Origin: the human T2T-CHM13v2.0 reference genome, Homo sapiens
Assembly (NCBI RefSeq): GCF_009914755.1
Contig: NC_060933.1
Strand: one strand, 5' to 3'
DNA: 64,000 nucleotides
Of this stretch, positions 1-16,195 are shown one piece after another (the stretch's first letter is position 1; each line of letters begins with the position of its first letter). The notes under the pieces were generated by a model. That model ran no database searches. It was not told the DNA's origin and worked only from the letters and a program-made list of their open reading frames with translations. Made by a program: the position numbers and the translations under genes.

Positions 1-2
1 AT

Positions 3-530
<528 letters not shown>

Positions 531-3500
531 TTCTAGTACCAAAATAGCAGCCTAGAAGCAAGCTAGCTTCACTGCCACTCATAGGAAACCAGAAACAAAT
601 ACATAATGCTGTGGTTATTACCATCAACATCTCAGGATTTAAAACCAGGGAGGAAACAGTTCCCTGGGCTGCAGATAAATAGAAGCATTCTGAGCATATG
701 GTAAAAGAACCAAATATTCATATCCACGATGCCTCCTCCAAATTTGCCTGCCACCAACTGCATGGAAAATTTCCCCCTGACTTATTGTCTCTACACCGTT
801 AAAAATGAGATTGAGATGGGCAACCAGCCTCCTCAGTACCTCAGGTCCACTGGCAGGATATTTGTATTTTCCTCAATCCACAAGAAGCATCAGGAGTGCC
901 TAAAGGGCAAAATATCCCTAAGGATATCCAGAGACAATATGGGGAGGTGGAACTGCCATCCTCAGTCTTGGAAACTCTGCTCTATAACTCTTTCAAAGGA
1001 GACCCCAAGTCAGAGTGGCTGTTCAGCAGCACCATGTTGTAGGAGGTTTGTTCCACTGGTCCCCCTGGGCATGAACACCTAGGAAGCCTTCTCACACTAA
1101 TTGGAAATTGTCTTTGGAATATCCCCCATTCCAGACAGACTGTATTCTAATTATTTACTAGAACTCAGGTAAATATGGGCTTAAGGTACCATCTACTCTC
1201 AAAAAAGGCAAAAATGTGGGGAGAAAAAGGAAAAAAAGAAATAATAAATGAATGAAAATACAAAGAAAGAAAGAAAGAAAATCAACAGGTAAGTTAAAAA
1301 GAATCTAAGCAAATATAGTCTAATTTTCTAAGCAAATATATCTAAGCAAATATAGTCAGGAAAATATTGCAAATATATCTAAGCAAATATAGTCAGGAAA
1401 AAATATTGCAAATATATCTAAGCAAATATAGTCAGGAAAAAAAAAGCCAGGCAGAGAAGTCTGGAATAAACAACTAATCTTGGAAGCACTTTAATAGATG
1501 TGCATGCACAAAAAATAACAGCAAATAGAAAACCACGACCTCCACAGACAAAGCAATAAACCTGTGACTGACCTTCACAAGACAGTAATATATGAACTCC
1601 TTGATAAATAATTTAAAATATCAATTTTAAGGAAACTCAGTGATCTCCCAGATAACATAGAAAAATAATTCAGAAATTTATCAGATAAATTATAAGAAAA
1701 AAATAATTTTTAAAATCAAACAGAAATCTTGGAAGTGAGAAATATATTTGCTGAGCAAAAAAAAATTATTAGAGGCTCTTAGTAACAGAATGGATCAAGC
1801 AGAGGAAATAATTACTGAGCTCGAAGAATGGCTATTTGAAAATACACAGCTAGAGGGAAAAAAAAGATTGAAAATTAAGGAAAGTAAGCTACCAGATATA
1901 GAAAATAACCTCAACAGGCAGAATCCGAGAATTATTGGTGTTCAAAAGGGATTTGAGCAAGAATGAGGAGAAGGAAACTTCCCTTCATTCACAAAAACAA
2001 TAATACAAAACATTCTAAAACTTGGCAAAATGACAAATATCTGGGTACAGAAAGGACTCAATTCTTCCATTGAAAGTCATAGAGTGGCTGAATGGATAAA
2101 GAAACAAGATCTAAATATTTAATGCCAAAAAGAAACCCACTTCACCAATAAAGGCACATGTAGACTGAAAATGAATGGGTAGAGAATGATATTCCATACA
2201 ACTGGAAACCAAAAAAAGAGGAGGAGCAGCTCTACTTATATCAGAATAAAATAGACTATTACAAACAGGTATACACCAATAAATTGGAAAACTTATTGAA
2301 TACATTCCTGGGCACATATAATCTGACAAGTTTGAAGCATGAGGATATTGAGAACCTCAACAAACCAATAACAAGTAATGAGATTGAAGTCATAACAAAA
2401 AGGTTTCATAAAAGAAAAGCCCAGAATCTGTTGGCTTCACTGCTGAATTTTACCCAACCTTTCAAGAAGAATGAATACCAATTCTTCTCAAAGATCATAG
2501 CAGAACCAAGAACAAAAACCATATGGTTATTTTAATAGATACCAAAAAAGCATTCAATACAATATAATATTCCTTTATGGTAAAAATCCTCAAAAACTGG
2601 ATATAGAAAAAACATACCTCATGAAAATAAAGGCTATGTAAGCCAAGCCCACAGCTAACCATTATACTAAATAGGAAAATAATGAAATCCTCTTTTATGT
2701 CTAGAACAAAACAAGGATACTCATTTTCACCACTTTTATTTAACACAGTACTGGAAGCCCTAGCCACAGAAATTAGTCAAGAGAAAGAAACAAAGGGCAT
2801 CCAAATTGGGAAGAAAAACTAAAATTAGTCTTGTTTGCACATGCATGATCTTATACCTAGAAAAACCTGAAGACAACATAAAACAAAGTTAGAACTGATA
2901 AATTCAGTACAGTTGGAAGATACGGAATCAACATCCAAAAATCAGTAGCAGTTATATAATTCTTCAGTTAACAATATGAAATAGAAATCAATAAAACAAT
3001 CCCATTTGCAGTAGCTACAAAGAATATAAAATGCCTAGAAATCAATTTAACCAAAGATATAAAAATCCTGTAGGAGAAAACTACAAAATACTGATGAAAG
3101 AAATTGAAGAGAACACACAGAAATGAAAAGATATTTCATGTTCATGAACTTGAAGAATATTGTTAAAATGACAATACTACTCAAAGCAGTTTACAAATTT
3201 AATGCAATCCCAATGAAAACACCAATAACATTATTCACACAAATTTTAAAATTTCTACACTGTCCATGGAATCACAAAAAGATCCTGAATAGCCAAAGCA
3301 ATCCTAAACAAAAAGAACAAAGCATCACACTACCTGACTTCAAAATATACTAGGAAGCTATAGTAAATTGTACCTGCATAAAACCAGACACATACATCAA
3401 TGGAGCAGAATAGAGAGAACTCAGATATAAACCTAGGCATTTACCACCAATTCATTTTTTTCACAAAGGTACCAAGAACTTACAGGGGAAATGACAATCT

Positions 3501-4642
3501 TTTCAATAGATGGTTCTGAGAAAACTGGATAAACATAGGTACAGGAATTAAACTAGACCCTATCTCTCACCATATATAACAATAAAATCAAAATGATTTG
3601 CAAATCTTAATCGAAGACTTGAAACCCTGAAACTATTATAAGAAAATTTAAGGATATGCTTCAGGGCAATGGTTTGGGCAAAGAATTTTCGTGTAAGACC
3701 ACAAAAGCAAGGCATTGCAAGCCATAATAGCTGAATGGGATTATATCAAGCTAAAAACCTTTTGCACAAAAAAGGAAACAGTCAATAAAATAAAGACATA
3801 ACTTAAATGGGAGAAAATGTTTCCAAACTATCCATCTGACAAAAGATTAATAACCAGAATATATAAGAAGCTGAAATGGCTCAATAGCAAAAAGATAATA
3901 ATCTAATTGCAAAATGGGCAAAAGATCCTAAATGACATTTCTCAAAAGAAAACATACAAATGACCAAAAGTATATTTTTTAAAAAAATGCTTAACATCAC
4001 TAATCATCAGAAAAATGCAAATCAAAACTACAATGAAATGTTTTACCCTAGTTAAAATGGTATTTATAAAAAAATAAAGAATATTGATGCTAGTGAGGAT
4101 GTGGAGAAAGGGGAACCCTTGCACACTATTGGTGCAGGTACAAATTAGTATAGCCACTGTGGATAACTGTATGAAGGTTCCTCAATAAATGAAAAAATCA
4201 CAACTACCTTAGGATCCAGCAATTCCACTGCTGGGTATAAAGCCAAGAGAAAAAATAATGAGTAAATCAAAGAAATATGTACATTCCTCATTTACTGTAG
4301 CACCCTTTACAAAAAAAATAAAAATTGAATCAACCTAATTGCCTGTCAATGTATGAATGGATAAAGGAAATGTGATATATATACACAATGAAATAATATT
4401 CAGCCATAAAAAGAACAAAATTCTGTCATTTGCAGCAATATTAATGAAACTGTATATCATTACATTAAGTGAGATAAGCCAAGCAGAGCAAGACATATAT
4501 CACATATTCTCACTCCTATGTGGGAGCTAAAAAAGGAGATCTTATGAAGACAGACAGTAAATTGGTGTTTTCCAAAGGCCAGAAAGGGTAGAGAGTAGAA
4601 GGGGTTGAAGAAAGTTTGATGAATGGGTACGAACTAACAGTT
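531..4642 (+). mobile_element. L1MA-type LINE-1 with 5'UTR, partial ORF1, internally deleted ORF2 and 3'UTR; decayed
   Basis: ORF1-like RMDQAEEIITELEE (1748-1966). EN-like gagtggctgaatggataaagaaacaagat. YNLTSLKHEDIENLNKPITSNEIE (2284-2535). RT/C-terminal pieces such as [20 protein letters not shown]1MA-type 3'UTR tatgtgggagctaaaaaagg...gaatgggtac. Many stops and frameshifts. Confidence 0.92.
1303..1445. repeat. Degenerate tandem repeat (TCTAAGCAAATATA core, ~37-39 bp unit) inside the L1 5' region
   Basis: Five copies of tctaagcaaatata; the last three are followed by gtcaggaaaa. Confidence 0.9.
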
Positions 4643-4810
4643 TTATACGTACGTATATACACATATATACATGTATATAAACATATATATACACATATAT
4701 ACATGTATATGTATATACATGTATATATGTGTATATATATACATATACACGTATATATATACATATACATGTACATATATATATACATATACATATATAT
4801 AAATATATAT
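4643..4810. repeat. (TA/CA)n compound microsatellite
   Basis: tatatacacatatatacatgtatata... over ~170 bp; source of the spurious Y/I/M-rich ORFs. Confidence 0.95.
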
Positions 4811-7800
4811 GGAGCTGGGGGCCTTGATCACCCCTCAATATTGTATAGCTTTACTTTATTAAGCTATGTTACACACAAACATTTTTTGGTTTTTGATTTT
4901 GTCACATGCATATTATTATTCTTTTCTTCTTTAGCCAGTACTTCAGGGAAAAAATGTAAGCAAGATGTATTACTTAATGTCAACAACTAGATTGGCTCCA
5001 AAAGGAATATATAATGGAAATCTATATCTGTATCTATCTACTACCTATCTAAATGTCTATCTCTCTATATAGAGAGAAAGAGAAAAACACACAAAGAGGG
5101 GGAAAGAAATAAGAAAAGGAATCATGAAATAAACTTTAAATGTGATTATTTTTTATTTTTTAAATAACCCTTATTCTACTGAGTGTCATTGTTTTTAAAT
5201 TTTGATTATCCTAATTAAAAAATGATTTTGAATTATATTCTCTAATTGATCAAATATATAAATTTCTCATGGAGGCCAGTTTTTACTTTTTGCTATCTTT
5301 TTCCTGGACCCTAAATCCACCCTTCATTTCAACTTGATTTTAATTACTGTCTTTGAAAATGTACCACATATAACTTAGAAATACTTTTGCCATCATTTGA
5401 AATAAATGTAAACAAAAACCATCCTTTAACTGTTATAACATTTTAAAATATTTGCATTAGAACTTATTCTTATGTGACTATACTCACTTTTATAAAGTGA
5501 GAGTGAATTTCTAAGCTGACTAGAATAAATATGACTCAATCAACCACAATTCCATTAAAGTTGCTGTTATTTTTACATACTAAAACATATTTTAATCTCA
5601 TAATTCATTTCCAAATTCATGCTATCAGTTTATTTTCTATATATAGATCAAAGACAAGATTGAAAACCAACTCAGTATATTTTAAATGGTAGGCAAGTTA
5701 GAACAACAATTTTTACTTGAGCTGACCAAGGTCAACAGCTCAAAGCACAATATATTCTCAAAGAATATTCTTCTTAGTAATCCTCTTCAAAAATATATTG
5801 AAAATCAAGTGTACCTGGATATTGCTATTTTCATGCAGGTTAATGCCAAATATCCAAGTCATATGTTCAACAATAAGACAAAAATCTATTAACATTCTTT
5901 TTGAAGGGTCATTTAGAGTATTACCATTTTCATAACTTGAATAGTCCTTTTTATTTCATATTTTGCCATTTATTTTCACAATATTAACATAAAGTAAATG
6001 TGTATTGTAGTCTATATGGCAATGAACTATTTTTAACACACACACCTAGACCCAGAATTCAAAAAGATCACTTGGCCTGAAGCACAGGATAGAAGAATAT
6101 CATCACTATTCTTTCAAGTGGGAAATGCAATTTAAAAACCAATGTTCAACTGATATCTGGATATCAGTGCATAAAAATACCTGCACTAATATTTAATAAC
6201 CTTGAGGGATTATAAAATACAGAACAGAGAACACATATAATAATATCTTCAGGTTTTCATTTCCACAAAACCTACAAATCTATTTTAGCACTCAAGTTAA
6301 ATGGCTTCTAGAGGGCCATAAGATTACACACTTTCAAAATACAAATGACAACAATTTATTGAATCAATTAATTAGCTATTTATTATTTCAGTAACTGAAT
6401 TGAACTGTTTCTAGTCATGAGTTTTCCAGATTCACTGTTTTTTCTCCCATTATACTAAGTTTGCCATCGATGCATTACAGCCAATGTCTTTCCATTGAGT
6501 TTGTTTGATGTTACCTGAAAAAAAAAATCTCCTTTTACAAGGGGCAGTATGGAAGATCTAATTGAGTGTGCTCTAGGACACTAACTTCATATTACAGTTT
6601 TGAGGATGTTCATATGGTGTGACTAAAATACAAAAGAAAATTATATGTGATTTGCATCGTCCTTATAAATCTAGAATTAATTGTTAAGTGGGCAGTTCAT
6701 AAGTAAAATATCAAAGATTTATTTGAAAGTTGGTATTCAAATAGAAGTACACAAAAGAGTATATTTTATTCAAATATATATACACACATACATCCAGGTT
6801 TGATGAGTTAACAACTAATGAAGCTGACTCTAGATTATTCCTGAAGGTTTAAAGGTTTTAGAAATATAAAGGATGACAGAAAATCTAATGAGATATGCTG
6901 AGCTTGGAAGGGGACATGGAAGTAATTTGAACAAGAAAAAAAAAAAAAGACAATAGCATACATCTGATTCATCTGAACTTAGAGCACTAGACCTACACTT
7001 TAACCTGAACTATCCAAAAGTCATTAAGGATAAGAAAAGGGGAAGAAAATTGCCTCATCTTTGATGGCCTGAATCACATGTTTAATTAGAAGATGTAGGA
7101 AATACCTCAGAACTAAAGAAATTCTCAGGGCCTGGTGCCCTACAGAAACAAAAGCACAGTTCAGCAATCTCGATGGAATAGCTCACAGTCCTAACCTATA
7201 GGCTTTATTTATACAGCTCAAAAGATTACCACCCTGTAACAGGCTATTATGTCTTATATTTGCTTGGAAGTAACATCAAGTTAATCTTTTTACATCTAAC
7301 ATTTGATTTTTATTTGCCAAGAGTAATTTTCAAAGCATGTGACTCATATTTTGTCCTTGGTGAGAGTCTGAAGTCATGAATTTTAATAAACATGAAGCCA
7401 CAGCTAAGAATCACCAAAACTTGTTAACTTGCAGGATTTCTAAGTTAAAACAGAATGAAATATATGCAATAAAAGGTAGAATAACATGCTGAAAAAATTT
7501 AATAGTGTCAAACGTAGAAAAAATATTTAGCTCTGTGTAGAAAATAAATAGCTTCTTTGTATAACAATGGCATTCTTATATATGACAATACGGCTAGTAA
7601 AATGTTTTGTTTAGTTGCCAAATAGTAAAATATTAATGTTTTAAAAGACTCAATGCTTTCAAATTAAGAATAAATCATGGCCAAAATGAGCATTGCAATA
7701 ATAAGACCTAGAATAGTTGATGAATGAATTAAAATAATGGAGGACAAATTTAAATGTTTATTACAGAGCCAAACATTTCTGAAATATTTAAAACATTTAT

Positions 7801-7929
7801 CGAAGTATTTTCTCTTAAAAAAAACCATACTGTAAATAATTACACCCATCTGAATATAATATCATGTTTATGTATTTGTAGAAATCTGAAAATTTTAAAG
7901 GCATGAGTTCTGTAAAATTAAAGAACATT

Positions 7930-8205
7930 TAAATATATAAATACACATGTCAATATATAGATCTATGCAGACATAATCTATGTTTTATGTAAACATAACC
8001 TATGTATTATGTAAACATATAAAGCTATATATTAAAATACAAAAGTATTTATATATAATACATATCATATATATTATGCATTATATATACATGTATGCAT
8101 ATTTAAATAATGCATAATATATAAATACATAAACCTGTGTATTAAAATATATGTACATATATACATACATAAACCTATGTTTTAAAATACGTATCCATAA
8201 TATAC
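7930..8205. repeat. AT-rich low-complexity degenerate tandem repeat
   Basis: Recurring acataa(a)cctatgt and (TA)n-like motifs. Confidence 0.7.
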
Positions 8206-9754
8206 ATCTCTAATAGAGAAGATACTGTTTAAATTTTTAATTTTGATTGTTAGAGATACCTAGTAATAAAGGGACTGAAAAATTGAAAAAAAAAAAAAAC
8301 AAAACACTCACACTGTGAGAAAAAAAAATTGTTTGAAAGCCTGCATCTGTCTAACATCCTATCAGCAGGCATATTAACTGAACAAAGCACTTGCTTTTTT
8401 CTGATGCCAATGCTGATTTTTTTTTGTTTGTTTACTTAAAACATCATTTTCATAGATATTCAAAAAGAAGCTTTGGTGTCTGTCTAGTTCATTAATAGTT
8501 TTATTAATTCAGCTAGTCATCAGGTGCAATTCATCAACCGCACAACCCTTTGTGTTCTATTTTTGCTAAATGCTTCTTCTCTGGAATTTAAATTATGAAG
8601 AAAAAGTGGCTGACTAATGTGAATTTCTCAATTTATTCATGTTCAATGAAAAGCTATTCATCAGCATAAACTCTGCTGTGAGTTCAAATCAAATTTGAAC
8701 CACCTGGGAGTAAACAAAATTGTTCTTCTTCCCTAGCACTTGGAAGTGGATAATAATAACACATTTTCAAGAAAGTCAGGATACTAATATATTTAACTGA
8801 AATAAAATAAAGATGATAAGGCATCAAGTTTTTCCACTATATCAGATGTTTTGCCCATGCAATAAGAGCTTCTGAAATATTTTGGTAGTTTTATTTCCAT
8901 CATTAATGCTAATTTCTTTTATATCTTGTAGGTATACAATAATCAGCTATTCTCCATACCCTATAGCATGTGCAAATTCTGTAAGACTATTATTCTACCA
9001 ACTTTCCTTTAAAACATTTGAACTATTTATGGAATTGATGGTTAAAACAAAGTATTCACTTTCAGAATTGTTATTAAGCATTCAAAATCAACATTCCTAT
9101 AAACCTAAAATACAGAATTTATCTACTTGAGTTTACAGGTGCTTAGACTTATAAAAGTAGACCTTTTTTTTTTTTCATAACAAATCTAAGGCTAACAGAA
9201 GCTTATGGAGTAGTATGGAGCCTGATGTGTATTTCAGAGAGAATTAAGAAATAATCTTGTAGAGAGTCTTCTCTAGTAATAGTGGAGCTAATTCTCACCT
9301 ATTTTTGAGCACTCATGGCAATACAAGATTAAAGCTGGTGCTGGAGATTTTTGGGCTCATGCGTGCACGTCTAAATAAATTATCAGTAGGTTAAAAACAA
9401 AGGAACAGAATGAAATGGTAAAGTGCACATTCCCTTTCACTTATTCTTCTTGAGGACTCAAAGATACTTGGATTCAGCATATAAAAACCCATATATGTAT
9501 TACAAAGTACAGGAGATCCACAGTCCTCTTCAGGAAAGAGAATTCCATTATCTATTTATCTATTAGGAAATGGAATACTCTTTTCTGAACTGTAATTTTT
9601 AGGAAAGTATTATGCATACATATATGGAATATCTTATTAGAAGTGGATGTACGGAGTTTTAAAATAGGATGATTTATGAAGTTTTCTGTTTAATACTTAT
9701 TCTTAGCATACTTCCAAAGCCTCTGAGGCTATCCATTTTGTTTCCCAGGAAGCT

Positions 9755-9940
9755 AGATAAAGCCCAAATTCACCTTCTCCCAATATAGCTGTAAGAGTTG
9801 ATACTGTGTGATAGAAGATAAAGGCCAAATTCACCTTCTCCCAATATAGCTGTAAGAGTTGATACTGTGTGATAGAAGATAAAGCCCAAATTCACCTTCT
9901 CCCTATATAGCTGTAAGAGTTCATACTGTGTGATAGAAGA
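9755..9940. repeat. 61-bp tandem repeat, 3 copies (minisatellite/VNTR)
   Basis: Unit agataaagcccaaattcaccttctcccaatatagctgtaagagttgatactgtgtgataga starts at 9755, 9816 and 9877, with 1-2 substitutions relative to the first copy. Confidence 0.97.
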
Positions 9941-11234
9941 GACCAAAATGTGCAAAGAGCTACAGCCCTGTGAGGAGCCTGCAGTGCATTGCAACTTGAG
10001 TTTCAATCTGAACTGTATGGACAGAGCTCATTGTACCTCAGTGACCATTATCCTTGGAAGTGAGGGTAGGAAGTGAAAGGAGGCAATTCACGTGTTTTTC
10101 CTTGAAGCTATATTTTAAGACTGTGTAGAACATCTTGAAGTTTGGAAACATATTTGCTTTTGCAGGTGATGGCATTTTCTAAAATATTATTACAAAATAT
10201 ATGAAAATTGCATTGTAGTTGTCACAATAAATCAAACATCTTACATAATAATGTAATAAAATCTAGTTTAACATTATAATTTTATTCAATTATTTCATCC
10301 ACATTGAGATATTTACTAAGTCATGAAGTTTATATAGATCATGAGATGTAAAAGATCTGCTATTACTAATTTGATTTAAAAATCCCATGTTCATTATAAT
10401 AGGTAGTGCTGCTTAAAATGTCTGTGTAATGATCTACACTATTATCTGCAGCACAATGATGTTTTCACAGCTGCTGTTTGCCTGGAATCAGCCATGTCCT
10501 TTGTGAAACCTTGCCTCGGCATGGGCTCTTATTCCTAACATTTGCCTTTTAAAATCTCTATAGAGATCTAACAGAAAATTCACAAGAACAGCATCTTTTG
10601 TGCTTCTCTTTCTCTGAAAATACCAAAGCAGCAGTGTATCTTCCCATATTTAAAAAAGAAAGAAAATGTTTTAATCTTTCATTTTCCAATATAAAGTTTT
10701 TAGCCAAAAAAGTATTTATTAAAAGAAAATAGATCTGTCACTCACTAATTCAATGACTAACTACATAAGTTTAAATTTACTTTTTCTTTGAGTATCAGAC
10801 AAAAGTAAAACAAACTAGGAATTTCAGTTCTCTTTCTGAAAAATGAAGTATATATTACATAATGAAATATACATATATATACACACACACGGCGCTAGCA
10901 ATTAAATCTAAAATGTTTACTTTATCTAGAAGTAGGGCAAACAGAATTTAATTCTTTGTTTGTTTCCCTCTAATATTTGTCATGTCTTATGGACTGGAGG
11001 AGCCAATCCACCTGTCAGGAGTTTATTGCAGAAAAATGGTAACTTCTGGGAAATAATTCATCCTAAAAATTGTCAGAAACCAGCTTGGTTCAATATACAG
11101 ATATCTTTCAGAATGGAGAGATAATCCTGAAAACAGCAATGTTACTAATAATAGTTAACCCCTTACTCCCATCCCCATTAATGTATTGATGTCCAAATCC
11201 TATGAAAGGAAGAAAAAACCTATGAATAAAAGCA

Positions 11235-12040
<806 letters not shown>

Positions 12041-12451
12041 GATACTCTCTTATCACAAAATGCAAGTGAGACATTCTTCAACTTTGACATGCAGCACAGA
12101 AAACAGAAGGGACTTTTGCATATCAAGAATTTCAAAGAATGATAGAGAAACTTTGGTACATCAAATATGCCAATGCATTTATCACATGCAGGCAGCACTG
12201 GACAAAACTTCTGGAAGCAGTAGCTCAGAATCTGATCCTGAGCTGCTGTAGGGAGCATTATTGAGAATATAGACAACTACCTCTTTTTGCACAGGCCTCA
12301 TTCTTCTCAAAGTGGCCATTGAAAGAACTGGCAAGGTCCCTTCTGATGGGCATATTTTACTGAGAAAGCTTTTTATATTAGAGGACTCTCAAATAAAATT
12401 AAATTATTCTTTGAAAGAAAAAATAAAATCGTGTTTTAGAAATCATTTTTT

Positions 12452-12766
<315 letters not shown>

Positions 12767-12999
12767 TTAGTCACAACCTGTATTATTCCAAATACAAATA
12801 TTATCATTTTTGACAACACAGTATCTTCCAGTTGCTTTTCTATGTTTCTTTTTGATTAGCAATTGTATATCATCACACTAATAGACATTATGGATGGGTA
12901 AACATTCATAACAACATTTTTTAAATACTAGGACTGAACACTGATTCAAGAACACACCCTCATTACTCTTCTCCACCCGGTATAATTTTCACCAAGTCC

Positions 13000-13110
13000 T
13001 TTTCCTTGATTTCACTAAGATGCAATCATTACTTCTGCAGTCTAGCACCATTACAATTTGGTGCTTGGCACATATTAGGCAAACCATATATATTTGTTGA
13101 AATACATGAG
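13000..13110 (+). mobile_element. L2 3' end fragment
   Basis: tctagcacc...gtgcttggcacatattaggc...atatttgttgaaat resembles the L2 terminus. Confidence 0.5.
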
Positions 13111-13243
13111 ACAAATGCCCCAAACAGCAACAATGTACATTTATAAAGCCCCATTTACTGCAGAAGTGAATTAAGTATTTAGAGAGTTATATCTATACCT
13201 GGGAGATCTACTGTTCAACTTCTTAAATACTCATTTTACCCAT

Positions 13244-13905
<662 letters not shown>

Positions 13906-15399
13906 CCCATCATGCTGTTTTTTTCCAAACCCAGGAATAGTAGGCAGTAGAAAGGACAGAATCACTCTATTATTTAGGTATGAAAAGACATGGTGTTATA
14001 TTTTCCTTGGTCAATATTTCAAGGAGCCAAATGATACCATTCCAGCCTCATAAGAATTTATTTCAAGTTCCAAAGATTGGTTGGTAAATTTATTTCAATG
14101 ATGGAGCAATGAAAATATGTTTACACTGAATACCAAATACACATATGATGGTTCTTAAGGAGTCAAAATCTAAAGACGACCAACTGAAAAAGTTACTTGG
14201 TTCTAGTGGCAGATTTTTGTTTATAGGCAGTGGTATAAATTATCGTCTGTTTTTTGTTAGACTGCCAGTGCTAAAATCTCACCTGAAGGACAAGTCAAAA
14301 TCTCTTGCAGCCTATAATATATTTATAAGCTACCTCTTATAAATGTTCATCTACTAATATCACCACCCCATATGCAGAGATCCTGTAAGAATAATATTGT
14401 ATTTTGATCTTATTAAAGACAGTTAACAAAATATTACAATTATATTATTAATAATACAAATTTATTTTGTTAACAAATCAAGTAGTTGAAATCTTACCTA
14501 CTGAATTACTTGAAAGTGATATTATTTGAATCTGTTCTAACATCTAACCACTTTCTATCCATAATTCTCCATGTGAGCCACTACATCATGCCTTGTTGGG
14601 ACCTGCCATTCTAGCTCCTTCACATTTGATGCGGCTGGTTAACCTATTCATAGCTGACTCTTCTTCAACCTCATTTAATGCTGAACTGAATTAGGAGAAC
14701 AGGAGCACAAAGTGGCTATGACAGAAGTTGGGAACGTTTCCAAGAAAGTTTATAATACAGAGAGCAATTGTGTTTTGCTATCTGCTGATTAAATCCAATC
14801 ACAGGCCTGCTAGTGATACCCAGGCCACTTAGCATTCAGTGTTGGGTTATGGTATATATGTGAAGAGGAATAAACTGAAATGTATATGGAATCAAAGATA
14901 AACCTTATCAGCTGACTAGATGGATGAACCTTACAGAGGAGATACCCATGCATACTTATAAATAAAAATGTTAACTTAAATAAAACTAATAGTGAAAAGG
15001 ACAAGGTTCTATTGTCACATAAATATGACTGGAGTCTCCTTTTTCCTTTGTAAAAGTGAAGCCATTGATTGGTGAGTATTAATTACCTAACAAATAATTC
15101 ATATTACAGAATAGAATGTGGCCATTTTTTATCTCTATTTGGAATATAACATTAGCGTATGATTACAGATGGCAGAATCATATATCAACATTTTATTGTG
15201 ATTAGATACACTTGTGAAGGGGGGATTTATTTTGAAGTGTTGGAGAATGCTCTTTAGCGTATTCTAGTAGTGTTTTAAAATTTTGTTAGGTATAAAAACT
15301 TTAAGATCCTTTGAAAAGAAATTAGAAAACAAAATATTATAAATAATGGAGTGTTACAGGACACTTATTAAATTGGCTAAGGTATTATTTTTACTATTA

Positions 15400-15482
15400 T
15401 AAAGTACAAAAAATGAGTTAAGGAAAGTTTAAGTGATTTGCCCGTAGTGACTCACAGCTAGTAAGATGTAGGGTCAGAATTC
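15400..15482 (-). mobile_element. MIR fragment
   Basis: ttaagtgatttgccc...cacagctagtaag matches the antisense MIR core. Confidence 0.6.
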
Positions 15483-16195
15483 CCCCATAGATTATCACAT
15501 ACTGTTATGATCTCATCAAAACTGAAGTCATTCATGTTCCAGAAGGATAATGTCCCCAAATTTCCACACATTCCCAGATTGACCAATGTTGTTATTTACA
15601 TAGGAATATTCTCCTTTATCTTACCATTTCCAAATAACAATTGGCCCTAAAATCTTTTCAGAACATTTTTTTTTAACACACAGAAGAGATTTTAGTACTT
15701 TACAAGAGGATATCTCACACCTAAGGATAAACAGAAAATAACAAAGACTCATAGGGATGCATGTGCTTGTGCAGCTGTCAGTCCTCATTCTTGAGGTAAA
15801 CGCCTTTGTGTCTGATGCTCTCACAGCACACTAGATTGAAAGGTGAATCTCAGGACAATTACAAGTAATAACAAGCCTTGAGCCTTGTAGTCTCACACAA
15901 ATAGTTAAACCTTGAATGTTAAATTTTAGATAGCCAAGGTTTGACTTAGTGCTATAATAATGTTGGTCATACTTATGTACTGAATTTTGAGGAAAATTCT
16001 TTCCTACCATGTGCAGAAATAAATGCCAGCCATATGTGTATGCATATACAATTAAGTAATCTATTTAGAACTCTATGTCTGAGCAGTAATGAGCTTTTGT
16101 TTGGCATCACTTACTAAATTAAGACAATTTGCCTAATGTGGTAGAGGTGAGGGTTAAAAATTTCACTCCCAGAAATATTTTGAATTTTTGGTTAT

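Noticed and set aside
1748-3353. L1 ORF1/ORF2-like ORFs
   Set aside because: Short remnants broken by stops, frameshifts and deletions; non-functional.
4516-4990. Overlapping Y/I/M/C-rich ORFs on both strands
   Set aside because: Artefact of the (TA/CA)n microsatellite, which lacks stop codons.
6149-6168. 9-bp inverted repeat actgatatc-tg-gatatcagt
   Set aside because: Short enough to occur by chance in 64 kb; no supporting context.
9755-9940. CRISPR-like periodic array
   Set aside because: Head-to-tail copies with no unique spacers, no cas genes, and a primate genomic context.
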